DNA from: Chlorokybus atmophyticus
Lineage: Eukaryota > Plantae > Mesostigma and Chlorokybus algae
Length of the DNA: 64,000 nucleotides
NCBI GenBank assembly: GCA_009103225.1
Contig: RHPI01001168.1
Span: 249,337 to 313,336 of the forward strand
Reading direction: 5' to 3'
Program-made: the position numbers and the translations under genes
The notes under the pieces: generated by a model
Database searches by the model: none
What the model was told of the DNA's origin: nothing
The model's input: the letters and a program-made list of their open reading frames with translations, nothing else
Shown here: positions 22,926 through 34,190 of the stretch, one piece after another
Position numbering within the stretch: the stretch's first letter is position 1
Layout of the letters: each line of letters starts with the position of its first letter

Positions 22926-25900
22926 ATGGGCGTTGCATGGTTGAGGTGGGTGCAGCGGCGACAGGTGGGGCTGCTGCCGCTGGTGAGCCGACCCTGGCCG
23001 ACCTCATCCTCCAGCCTCGTCCCCTACCAGCACGTTGATTCTGTTTATATCGGAGTGGGTGGACTGCGGGGTAGTCCGCTGCTGTCGTCCTGGATCAACG
23101 TTAGCAGTGGTGCCAGGCACCTGGCCAGCTCAATACCGAGAGCGACAGCTGCAGCAGGTGCCCTGCATGCATGTGTGCTGGGTTTCCTCCCGACTCTCAT
23201 GCACGCATGCGCACATACAGACATGCATGTGCGCTGGCAGCATGCTCATGTGCATGCTCCCACGCATACCCACACCCGCGCGCACGTGCACTCACGCATG
23301 CACGCATGTACCCAGAAAATTCGCGGCATGCGTGCATTTGTCATGCATCTATCAGCCGCACATGCGCAGGGTGCATGCATCCCAAGCAGCAGCCTATGCA
23401 CGCTCGCTCACTGCCTCCCAGGCCGCACACACACCACCATCATCATCTTGCACATGCGTTGCAGGTTCTGTGCCCAAGCGTCCACCATCCATCCATCTCC
23501 GTTCCCTTCTCCTCTACTCCTTACTCGCCGCCCCTCCCCTCGCCGCCATCGCGTGGTCCCTCTCCTCCCCCGACCCTCTCCATCGCCTCGCCGTGGTGTA
23601 CTCGCTTCCCGTGCGTGTCGGCAGGGGCGCAGGGACGGCCCTCGCCATGACGACGGACTACGTGCGATCCTTGTATGGGGTGCCGGAGGGAGCAGAGAGA
23701 GACGCCGTGCTGAGAGAGTGCCATGAGAGGGGAGCGAAGAGACTGCTGAGACTCTGCTTTGATAACGCGGGGACGTTCATCAAGCTCGGTCAGCACATCG
23801 CTTTGCTGGTGAGACACATTGACACATCATTCATTATCATGACCAGTAATATCACAACGCGCATGCGCACGCGCACGCGCACGCGCAAGAGCTTGAGCAT
23901 ACACGCGAGCACACTTGCGCACATATGCAGGCACGCATGCAGGCATGCTAACTTATCATCATCGTCTGTTATTGCTGCATGCGCATGAACTTGCACTCTG
24001 CAGGACTATCTGTTGCCGGACGAGTACGTGGTGACAATGCGCGAGCACATGTTGAACCGCTGCCCACGCGCGACGTATGAACAAGTGTGTCAAGTCTTCA
24101 GGCAGGAGCTGGGTTGCCTGCCGACAGAGGTAACACAAAAACTCACAGCACCTTCAGCCCACATGCGTGTCCTGCTTGGCCAACACAACTTGCGTGTGTG
24201 GCTTAACCTGCTGCTGCTGTTTGCGTGTGTGTGCTTGGAGCAGTAGGACTTGTGACTCATGCGCCCCCCACTGTGCGTGACTGGTGGTGATGCCAGCTGT
24301 TTGCAGAGTTCGATCCCGAGCCCATCGCAAGCGCGTCACTCGCACAAGTCCACGTGGCCCGGGCACATGATGGCACAAAGCTAGCAGTCAAGGTGAGAGA
24401 GTGTGCGCCACTTGTACCTGCGACAGCCAACTGCTGTTTGTTATTCACAGTACACACACGCATGTGTTATATGGCAGGTGCAACACGAGTGGCTGGACCA
24501 CACGTATCAGGTGGATCTGCTCACGGTGACGGCTGTCGTGGGAGCCGTGCGATGGCTCTTCCCAGACTTTGACTATTGGTACGAGTGCTGTGTGGTAGTC
24601 TTGCCATGATGTTGGATATGTTGGACAGTTTCTGTTGAGGTGAGAGATTGACTTGATTGGGTGCGCAGGTGGCTTGTTGAAGAAATGCGCGAGAGTCTAC
24701 CACGGGTGAGAAGTTGTTGTTGTTGCTGTCATGGTTGGTGGTAGCGGTGGTTGCGTGTGCACTTCAAGTGAACGTCTAGCTCAGTGGCAATACACACTCA
24801 GTCATCATCATCATCAGTTTGCATGTCGCGTTGCAAGCGAGCGTGAGGCTTACTCGCAACCATAATCGTGGCAGGAGTTGGACTTCCGTTTGGAGGCGGG
24901 CAACGCGCGTCAGTGCGAGGAGAACTTTTGTTCCTCCCGTCTGCGGGACGATGTGGCCATCCCTGCCGTGCACGCCGCCATGTCGACCAAGCGCGTGCTG
25001 GTGATGGACTTCGCCGAGGGCGTGAGCGTGTACGACGCGGATGCAATCGCGCAGATGGGGTTGAAGGCCGCCGATGTTGCAGCGCTGGTACTTGCAACTG
25101 CAACTGCGTTGTAATGTTGTGTCAAGCGTGCAGGTGTCATGTTGTGCAGTAATTAAGGTGTGTTGCAGGTGAGTTCGGCGTTTGCAGAGATGACCTTCCG
25201 CCACGGCTTTGTGCACTGCGATCCGCACGGCGCTAATCTGCTCGTGCGACCAATGCCGCACAGCTCAGGTGTGCTTGCTGTTGGTTGCGATGCGCACGCA
25301 CTCTTTACATGTGCCAACATCAGTAGGTACCACTAGTGCTTGTCAACTATGGCTTCCACGCAGTTTTGTTTAGTGCGTCCCTTATCTGATGATGTTGTTT
25401 CTGTTTTCGTTATGCATGCAGGTAAGCGGAACCAGCCGCAGCTGGTGCTTCTGGACCACGGGCTATACCGCACGCTGTCTCCCGACTTCAAGTTTCACTA
25501 TGCCTCCCTCTGGAAGGTAACAATGCCAACACAAGCACGGAACAACAAACACACGCGCGTGCCTTCACATGCACGCACACAGTCACGCACGCGCACGCGC
25601 ACGCACGTGTGCTGACGCATGTATGTGTGCACACACTCTCCTGCTGCAATTCATTGCATCATCGCGCTATACACCCCCAGGCCTTGGTGCTGTCCGACGT
25701 GGATGGCATCAAGCGTGAGAGCCGCGCGGTGGGTGCGGGTGACGCGTACCCGCTGTTTGCAGCCATGCTCACGGCCAGGCCCTGGGACAAGATCGCTGAG
25801 GCTTCACTCGATCACTTAGCACACAAGGGTACGCCTGAAGAGAAGGCTGAAGTGCAGGTACGTATATTGCTTGGTTTATATGCAGGCTGTTGTGGAGATG

Positions 25901-26464
25901 CGAGTGCTCACATTGTGGGACGTGCAATGTGGTCAGGCGTATGCGCAGCACTTTGCTTTGGACGCCACCAAGCTGCTCAAGGAGCTGCCGCGAGTGATGC
26001 TGCTGCTGCTCAAGACCAACGACTGCCTGCGCGCCATCGACCGCGCTCTGGTGAGCCCAACAGCCGGATCAGCACTGGTATAACACAAGCATGCCACACG
26101 TGGAGCACTAGTATCATGTGCCCATGTACATGCATGCATGCTTGCACAGCCACACGTGCGCGCACATGGGCTCACAGGCGCGCATACACACAAGCAGCGC
26201 GTGTGTGCTCCTATTGCTGACTGTTGTGGTGCTTTTGTTGCTTACACAACATAGGGCACGCCCGTCAACACCTTTGTGATTGTGGCGAGGGAGTGCACGC
26301 GGGCGCTTGCAGATGCGCGACTTCAGCAACGGCCGGGTTTCACCTCGCGCATCGGTGTGGTGATCGACTCATTGCGCGTCGAGTGGCGTGTCTTGTTGTT
26401 GCGCACTTTCGCGTGGTTGGCAGCAGTGCGAAACAGCTGGCCCGCTTTATTGACGTGGTTATAA
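22926..26464 (+). CDS. ABC1/ADCK (UbiB-family) atypical kinase, ADCK1-like, probable mitochondrial presequence; multi-exon
   Basis: Exons encode [13 protein letters not shown]|[29 protein letters not shown]...LAVK|[49 protein letters not shown] and [17 protein letters not shown]|GTPVNTF. Confidence 0.92.
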
Positions 26465-27165
26465 TGCACTCGTGCACACATCATTGAGCACATAGCATGT
26501 ACAGCACACAGTTTCATTGTTGTTGGCGTTGAGCGCTAGGTAGAGGGCTGATGCTGATTCAGCTGTGATTGACATTGTTTGCAAGTAGTGAGAGAGTGTT
26601 TGTAGAAAAAGGTTCGGTTATGATCATGGGACATTGCTACGGAGTATGCGCATGCGTGTTCACACGGAACTGCCGTGTTAGCAGTTGATCAGTCCGCCTA
26701 TGAACAGCCTGATGATGGCCATGCCTCCTTTGTCTTGTGCTTTTGCTGCTGATGACGTCTTGGTCATTGCGCGACCTTGCTGCTGCAGGTAAAGCTTCTT
26801 CGCGCGCCAAGCTATGGTATGCAATGTAGATTAAATTCTTTCCCGCCATAGCAATGTGAGTGTACTAGCAGTGTTGCGCAGATGCAGTGTCTACTTCTAT
26901 TCAACATTCTCAATAACGTGGTAATTTTGAAAAGCAAGCAACAGGAATGTGCCTGAAGTGCCAATCTGCAGCATATGAACCATGGCCAATTGGTTTCATG
27001 TGAATGGTTTGACTTCATGTGTGCCCTGGCAAGTGCGCATCCAAGCCTTGCGCAAGCTTAAGCCAATTTTTCCCTCCGAATCGAAGATCATACCCAATAT
27101 AAGCGCTTGCAACCTGTGCAGGTGGAGTTTGTGTTTCTCACTTGTGTATAAAGATCTAAGACACA

Positions 27166-27317
27166 GCTGTCGTGCCTTCCCTCATTGTAGCTTAAACTTG
27201 TTGTAAACATCCTTGCCATGCATCTTTGCATGCTAGTGTACATCATGAGACCATGCCATGCTGTCTCATGTAACATCTCTCATCACATAGAGTAGACACA
27301 CACACGAATGATGCGTG
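27166..27317. repeat. Extra copy (B2) of the ~150-bp PPT-containing segment that precedes the 3' LTR
   Basis: Aligns with 28104-28252 (gctgtcgtgccttccctcattgtagctt...gatgcgtg) and lies outside the 3' LTR. Confidence 0.9.
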
Positions 27318-27325
27318 TGTGTATC

Positions 27326-28103
27326 TGTGCCCCTTGCAAAAGGTAGGCAAGATGATCACAACTTGACTTGCAATCAGCCGATCACTCGTGTAAAGCAGTT
27401 CAAACTCAACCCTCACAACATGTACATGCTAAGGCAGCCCATACGGTGCATTAAAGTCGCAACAACACACGCCCCTTCATGCATAGCAACGCACAGCAAC
27501 AAACACACCATAAATGCAAGCATGTGCATAAGCATCCGCTCAGCCAAAAACCTCGTCCCAAACTTGTTGCTTGCACTTCAGTAGGCCAACTTGCATCCAA
27601 CCAAACTAGGAAACAAGCTAGCAAAGCCTAATATACCACCGTTGAGCCTAAGCCCGACCAATTCTCCAACTACCCTAATTGTCAGTCTGCACCAGCATAG
27701 TAACAGTCATGATGGCGTTGATAATTAACGGTAGACGGTTAGGAAAGGCGTATCCAAGCTCATCCTTTTTTAAGTACACTTGAAGACGCATCTTTTTACG
27801 CCAACCCACAGCCAAACCGCCGCTCCAACTGTAAGTTATGGCTTCTCATCGTTGACAACTACAAATCAACTGTGAGATACCGTAGTGACCCAAATATGCT
27901 TTTAGCTCGGTATCTGATTGTAGATACATTTCGCTTACACACCTCCCTTGCGTCAATGAGGACCCAAACATGAATTCCAGAAGAAAACCCAACACATGAA
28001 CCATGTAAAATGGCTATGAGAGCCGAAATCTGAAGGTCCATCCATGCCGCCAGCCCGAGGGCATCATGCACTTGACACTTGTACTACATGCTCGCGCATG
28101 ACA
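27326..28103 (-). repeat. 3' LTR of the Gypsy element
   Basis: Collinear with 37046-37985 apart from substitutions and an ~180-bp indel. Confidence 0.9.
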
Positions 28104-28329
28104 GCTGTCGTGCCTTCCCTCATTGTAGCTTGAACTTGTTGTAAACCTCCTTGCCATGCACGTTTGCATGCTAGTGTACATCATGAGACCATGTCATGGA
28201 TCATGTAACATCTCTCCTCACATAGATCAGACATACTCATGAAAGATGCGTGATCACCCCCTGCAGCTGAGCGCCAACGCCATCGCGCGCCTTTAGCTGA
28301 CTTACACGCTCATCAAGTAGTCGTCGTAT

Positions 28330-28465
28330 ACACCGAACAGTACCATGCGCCATCAGGGATCTCCTCAAGTGGTAAAGGAAGGCACTCCATGTGCCAATCG
28401 GCAACACACCTGTCGCATAGTAGCATGGTGTCTCAGCCTTTCGCTCGGCCACACCGCTCAAGACG
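28330..28465 (-). pseudogene. PHD finger at the C-terminus of the retrotransposon Pol
   Basis: (L)ERCGRAKG*DTMLLCDRCVADWHMECLPLPLEEIPDGAWYCSVY matches the C4HC3 PHD pattern, with degenerate outer cysteines. Confidence 0.85.
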
Positions 28466-31400
28466 GTGGCCCACATCTGGTATTGCCAAAGCCGGATCCA
28501 CACTGTCATCCACGTTTGGTAGATGGAAAGTGGCGCAGCTCTTCATTTGCTTTTTAATGGTCCTTGCATCAACTCCCTACAACAATACACCGTTGTTGAG
28601 AAGCTTCTTCACACGTAGGATGGTGCGCCTCGCACTCGTATCCAGCATGTCCTTGGTCTTTCTCTACAGGTAGACAAAGTCTCTAGGCTGAAACTTCTGC
28701 ACTCTTGGCTTGTGGAAGCCACTCCTCATCCTAGCACAGCACAGCGTGTCGCGGTGTTGCGCCATTTGCAGGTTGCCAAGTGCAATTGGCATCACAAGCC
28801 GAAACAGCTCCGCATGCTTCGCCATCTCTTTCTCCCACACATTGAGATCTTCCAGGTCAAGCTCCTGCTCAACCTGTCGCCGGATTGATGTTGGCAATAT
28901 GAGCTCTCTCGCGTACAACAAAAAGTAGGGGCTGTGTGAGCTCGACGCAGCCTGCCGCGTCATGCAATTGCGCATCATCAACCATCATGGACTTGGCGTT
29001 GCCATGATGGCAACGCCAAGTCCCAATCTCTCTTGTTGTGGTTGTGACAGTACTTGCAAAGCCCCTTCTTTACCACCCGTACCATTCTCTAAACAAGCCC
29101 ATCTACTTAAGGATGGTTACGATAAATCCTTCAATGACCGATGAAGGCTTGCGCTAACAAGTGCTCGAACTGGCCACGAAACTCGGTGCCTTGGTCAGTG
29201 AGAACCTCAGCATAAGCATCGAATCTACTGAAGACGTAGGCAAGGAAAGCTTCAACTATAAGCTTGCTCTCTTTCAATGGCAGCGCCACGACCTTTATGC
29301 ACTTTAATAAGTGCTCGATCATCGCAAGCACGTAGCGGTTGCCTCTCTTGGTAACATGTACGTCTCCGGCAAGAGCCAATAGAACATTCCTTGGATAGAC
29401 AGAGGGTGCAGCTGTGGGTGCTGGGCATTGAAGCTTGCCTTCACTCTGTCGCACTGCACACGTCTTGCAACAACTCCTGCCATGGTAGACTGCATGCCAG
29501 CCCACCAATACGCTGATTGTACAAGCCTAAGTGTCCTCTTGTCACCAAAGTGGCCCATCTTCTCATGAAGCAGCTCCTCAAGCGGGTTCCTCTCGTGTGG
29601 TTGAGGTACAATCCTCGCACCTCCATTCGGCATCAAGCACACGAGGTGGGCTCCCTCGCACCAATAGCGTTGCGCGTGTTGCCACACGCGGTCTCATGTT
29701 GCCTTGCTGCAACCAGCTTGGAACGGCCCGGTCTTAAAGTGAACAAGCACTTGCTCATCCCTCCATATGTCCTTTTCAGCCTCGGCTTCATCCCCTTCAA
29801 GATTGATGATCGTTGGGGCCGATGCAGCCTCCAAAGGCGGCATAACACCATCATTGTCGCTCTCTCCACCTGCACTTGCGAGCGTGGATGCGCATGCTTC
29901 CAACGAACCAGCCAACACCAGCAATGAGGCCACAAGGTAGGCCAACCCCCAGCCACGGGCATGCCATAGTCATGCCTCGCCTCACTCTCATCCAATGATG
30001 AAGGGTTTAGGTTCCTACTCAGCCAATCCATGTTGTCAATGCCAGCTCGGTGTTCAATCTCAAATTCATACTCCTGCAATATGAGCGCCCACCTGGCATG
30101 CTTCTCTGTGAGCTTGCTATTGGTCATCAACCACTTCAAGGGCTGGAGGTCAGTGATAAGCGTGAAGGGACGGCCATAGAGGAACAGTCTGAAGTGAATG
30201 ATGGCCCACACCACCGCCAAACACTTCCCCTCATAGGAGCTGTAGTTCACCTCAGCGTTGTTGTTACTTCGGCTGCCGTACGCCACCACGTACTCCTTCC
30301 CGTTGTCATCCTGTTGACACAACACGGCCCTAATGCCCAACCGGCTCCAATCTGTGTGTAGGATGAAAGCATGGTACTTATCCGCCCGCCTCAACACGGG
30401 CGCGGTGCATAGCTTCTCCTTCAGAAGCTCAAAGGCACGCAGGCATTCCTCCAACCAGCATCAGGCCTTGTTCTTCAACAACTCATTCAAGGGGTTTGCA
30501 ATGCCCCCGCAAACCGCCGCAAACCTCCGATCCGAGAGTACTTTGCCAAGCTGAAAAACGCCTGAAATCGGCTGATGTCTGTCGGTGCAGGCACTTGCAC
30601 CACGGCATCCACCTTTGCTTGCTGCACACGAACTCTAGCCGGCACTATCTCATGGCCGAGATATGAAATGCGATCAACTGCGAACAAGCACTTCTCCGTG
30701 TAACACCTCGTGACGATTTCGCGCACGCGCTCGGACACGCGTTCCAAATGCACGAGATGCTCCTACTTCGTGTGGCTAGACACCAATATGTCATTGATGT
30801 AGCACTTCGCAAAGGGTAGACCACGAAGCACACGGACTATCACACGCTAGAATTTAGACAGATGTATTTTTCTTCAAGCCGAACACGGCATCACCTTCCG
30901 TTAGTAGAGCTGGTCCACTCCCCAGATGTTGTCTTGCCACGATTTTCTGGCTCGATGGCTATCTGGTTTAAACCCTGCCTCAAGTCCACGATGGAGAACA
31001 TCTATGCATCACTGATGTCATCAACAATAGCATCAAGGATAGGCATAGGGTACTGATCAGCCTTGGTCTTCTCATTCAATGGCTGATAGTCACCACACAT
31101 GCTCCTTAAAATCCAATTTTCTTTAGCATCCTTCTTTAACGGTAACGCTGTCGCCGCCGCAAAATCCGAGGTTGACTCCTCAATCAATCCAGCCTCCAAC
31201 AAGCCAGCACACTTCCCTGCCACAAACTCCTTCTTCACCTTGCTCAGCCGATCTTGCCCACACAAAGCTAGGCTCCGGAGAGGTCACCTCAATGTTCATT
31301 GTGTAGAGGTTGCAGACTCCTAACTCCATGGTAGAGTAGGCGAAGCAGTCACGCTTGCGCACCAGCAACTTGCGTGACGCCTCAAGCCACTCACGCTCAT

Positions 31401-31649
31401 GTGATGTCACATGCTCGCCTATACACAACTCGATGGTCTGGTCCGTAGCCTTCTTCTGCTTCAAGGCACCATCCACAGCCGCTTTTTTGCCACTTGCAGC
31501 CGTCACAGGCAAAAAAGACACCCCCGACTCTCCTCATCATGTACAACCTGCTCCCACCCCCTCAACAAAGGCGCTCCGGACGCGCTTACTGCCGCATCGG
31601 CATAATGCTTGCCACCAACACATGTGCCGCCAAGCAGACCACCATAATC

Positions 31650-34190
31650 GACACCATGATGTTCTAGTCCATGACTTGTCCAAGCAACACTCGGCGCCGT
31701 TGTTCACTCAGTCCTGGCCGCCGTCGCACCAGACAAGAACCCAAATGCACGCTCGCGCTCACCAGTTGTTGGCTCGTCAAACCTGCTGTTGTGTGATTCC
31801 CACACCAGCCTTGGCCCTTCCTTGCGGAATGCATAACGACCTGGGTTTTGTCACCAGCGTCGGCAATGCCGCCCGACCAGGTTCACCGCCTGCTGGGGCG
31901 GCCGATCAGCCTTGCTGACCTGTTGTGCTGTGCGCCCATGCTCCACCACTTGGTTGACAGTCAAACCTTGCGGTATGGAGTACTCTTGCTGCACCGTGCG
32001 AAGCAACTCAACCGGCGCAAGGTTTGTCCACTTAACACGCGAACCATGCCGTACCGCATCCATGACCAGCTCATGGCCTAGCACATGTCTCACCAACTGA
32101 TAGTCCTCTCGCATGCGGTTGCGCTTGTCGTCTTCCGCTGGCACATGTCAACAATGTACGCCATGGCGTCGCAAAATTTACACGGTGACTGTCCGGGGAC
32201 TGAGGGACTGACGGGTACTTGACCCTGCCAGACCTAACGGATTGGTGGGCCATGAAGGGACTTAAAGGACGGCCGGTGCTACTTCGCAACATTTAATGAC
32301 GGCCAGCGGTCGGCCAATAGTTACACGCGATTAAAGCCTGTCTGCGATGATTATAACGTAACGTCACCGCATCTTCAAGTAACGGCCGATCGCCGATCGT
32401 CTATTTTGCTCGATAGCGACCTATCTAGCATATCAGACAGTTACCTTTTGGTTATTTTTTGCAACGGTCGCCCGCCGGTCGTACCATAACCATTATACCG
32501 TGTGCGCGGCGGCTTGCCTATTATGGCAAGCCAGTCACTGTCACTCCCTATTCCGTGACCTGCCCGCTTGTTGATGAGTAACGGCAGACCACCAGTCGTC
32601 CGTTAGCGCGGCGGCGACCTACCAACTATAACAATTTAGTTACCGCCCGTCCTTTATTGCCGGCGAGCAATTCGGAACGATGGTACTTGCAGCTATTGCA
32701 CCATACAAATGGTACGCAAATCCCATTATTACGATAGAACCATCGTACCATTTTCATGGTACGATAGACCCATCGTACCATTTTCATGGTACGATGGGTG
32801 CCATTGTGACAACGCGTTTGAATCACTTGGGTTGCCTAAGGTTCAAACGCTCAACGGCTTCAAGCAATGAACAGTCGAGTTGTGCAGCGGCGGCGGCGGC
32901 GGTGATGGCGGTGGCGGCGGCGGCGGCAATGGCTAACAGTAAGCAAGTTTGCTTGGTGCTGTAACGTTGTGTTATGCGCAACAGCGCATGCCGCCTAACC
33001 GCCCTTCTGATCTTAGGGCGGCTAGGCCAGGCCAGGCCATGCCAGGCGGCGGCGGCGGTATATGGCAAGCAACAGCATGTGTATGTAAGTTGTCACACTG
33101 TGAGCATTGGTGTGTATGTTGCTATTGATGGCGCTGGTGTGATTGACTTGTGCAGGAGCGGCGGTGGACAAGGAGCGGCGGCGGAGGTGAAGCGCAGGAG
33201 CGGCGGCTTGGTATAAGGCCTTGGATTAGGGTGGTAGTAGTAGTAGTAGTAGCAGCAGCAATAGTAGCCGCTCACAGTAGTTCATGGTGTAGCATAGTAC
33301 CGATGTGACTTGCAACACATGTAATGTATTATTTTATGATTATTTCATTATTGTTGACGACACTCACGTGAGGTATCTAATCATGACCAAAGGGTACCCA
33401 ATAGGTACCTTTGAAGGTACCCTTCAGTAACGGCAGGTACCATGAGGTACATGTCAGGTACAAACAATTGTGTGTAGTCCCCCCCCTAACTACCAGTTAG
33501 TTACTTGTCAGTTAGGTTAAGTCCCTTTTGCTTGACTGATGGGTATCCTTACAGATACCTGTCAGGTAGAGATAGTCCCTTTGACTGATGGGTATCCTTA
33601 CAGATACCTGTCAGGTAGAGATAGTCCCTTTACCAGCAGACGGTCGTCGACTGATGGTAACGGCTGTTATGCTCAGGCCCTTGTATCGAGATCGCCTTCA
33701 GACTGAACAACGACAGTCTGATTGAGTATCCTTAGACCCACGGCCATCCTATATATTTTGTTGGCCGTCAGGGGTAACATTTTGCGACGGGGGTGCTCTT
33801 ATCCTAGCTGAATTATGTTGATGACGCGCACCAACTCCCTGAACAATAACGAATGCGTATCCATCAATCCTTTGCCATGATCAGACCGTGCCCTAGGCAT
33901 TCAGACCCCGCTTCAAGCAATTCTACATGGCCGATAGCCGCAAGATGATGTGGCCCTACCAAGCAAATGTCTTGTAACCATGTGCTTCGAAAGCCCTTCA
34001 CTGCACCCTCATGTAGCACATCGGGATACTTCTTCAAGGTGCCTCACATGATGTGTGCTGTGCACCTTATTGTGCCGTTGGTGAAGGGTGCACATATACG
34101 TATTGCCGCATCTTGATGTCGGTATTCAACGCAGCTGCAAGCCCACTTGTAATGCCAACAAATAGCTCCACCATCACAACATCCTCCTCG
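31650..34190 (-). pseudogene. C5-cytosine DNA methyltransferase domain inside Pol, between protease and RT, split by an insertion
   Basis: Motif I VMVELFVGITSGLAAAL...RQYVYV; LQDI; motif IV region VELLEAGSEC.GH..HGKGLMDTHSLLFRELVRV; after the insertion PMAYIVD, LGHELVMDAVRHGSRVKWTNL, LPTLV, motif IX GERxRAFGF and motif X LSEQRRRVLLGQVMD. Confidence 0.88.
32167..33789. mobile_element. Non-autonomous TIR DNA element (1623 bp), possibly CACTA/EnSpm-like, inserted in the methyltransferase domain
   Basis: Ends cgtcgcaaaat.../...attttgcgacg with a 2-bp TSD (GG at 32165-66 and 33790-91). Removing the element and one TSD copy restores the frame E-H-P-M-A-Y-I-V-D. Internal tandem duplications at ~32733-32791 and ~33534-33630. 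Confidence 0.8.

Noticed and set aside
32733-32791. 29-bp direct repeats, also 49-bp at ~33534-33630 and ~25-bp at ~56040-56110, as a possible CRISPR array
   Set aside because: Only two adjacent copies each, no unique spacers, no cas genes, eukaryotic context.
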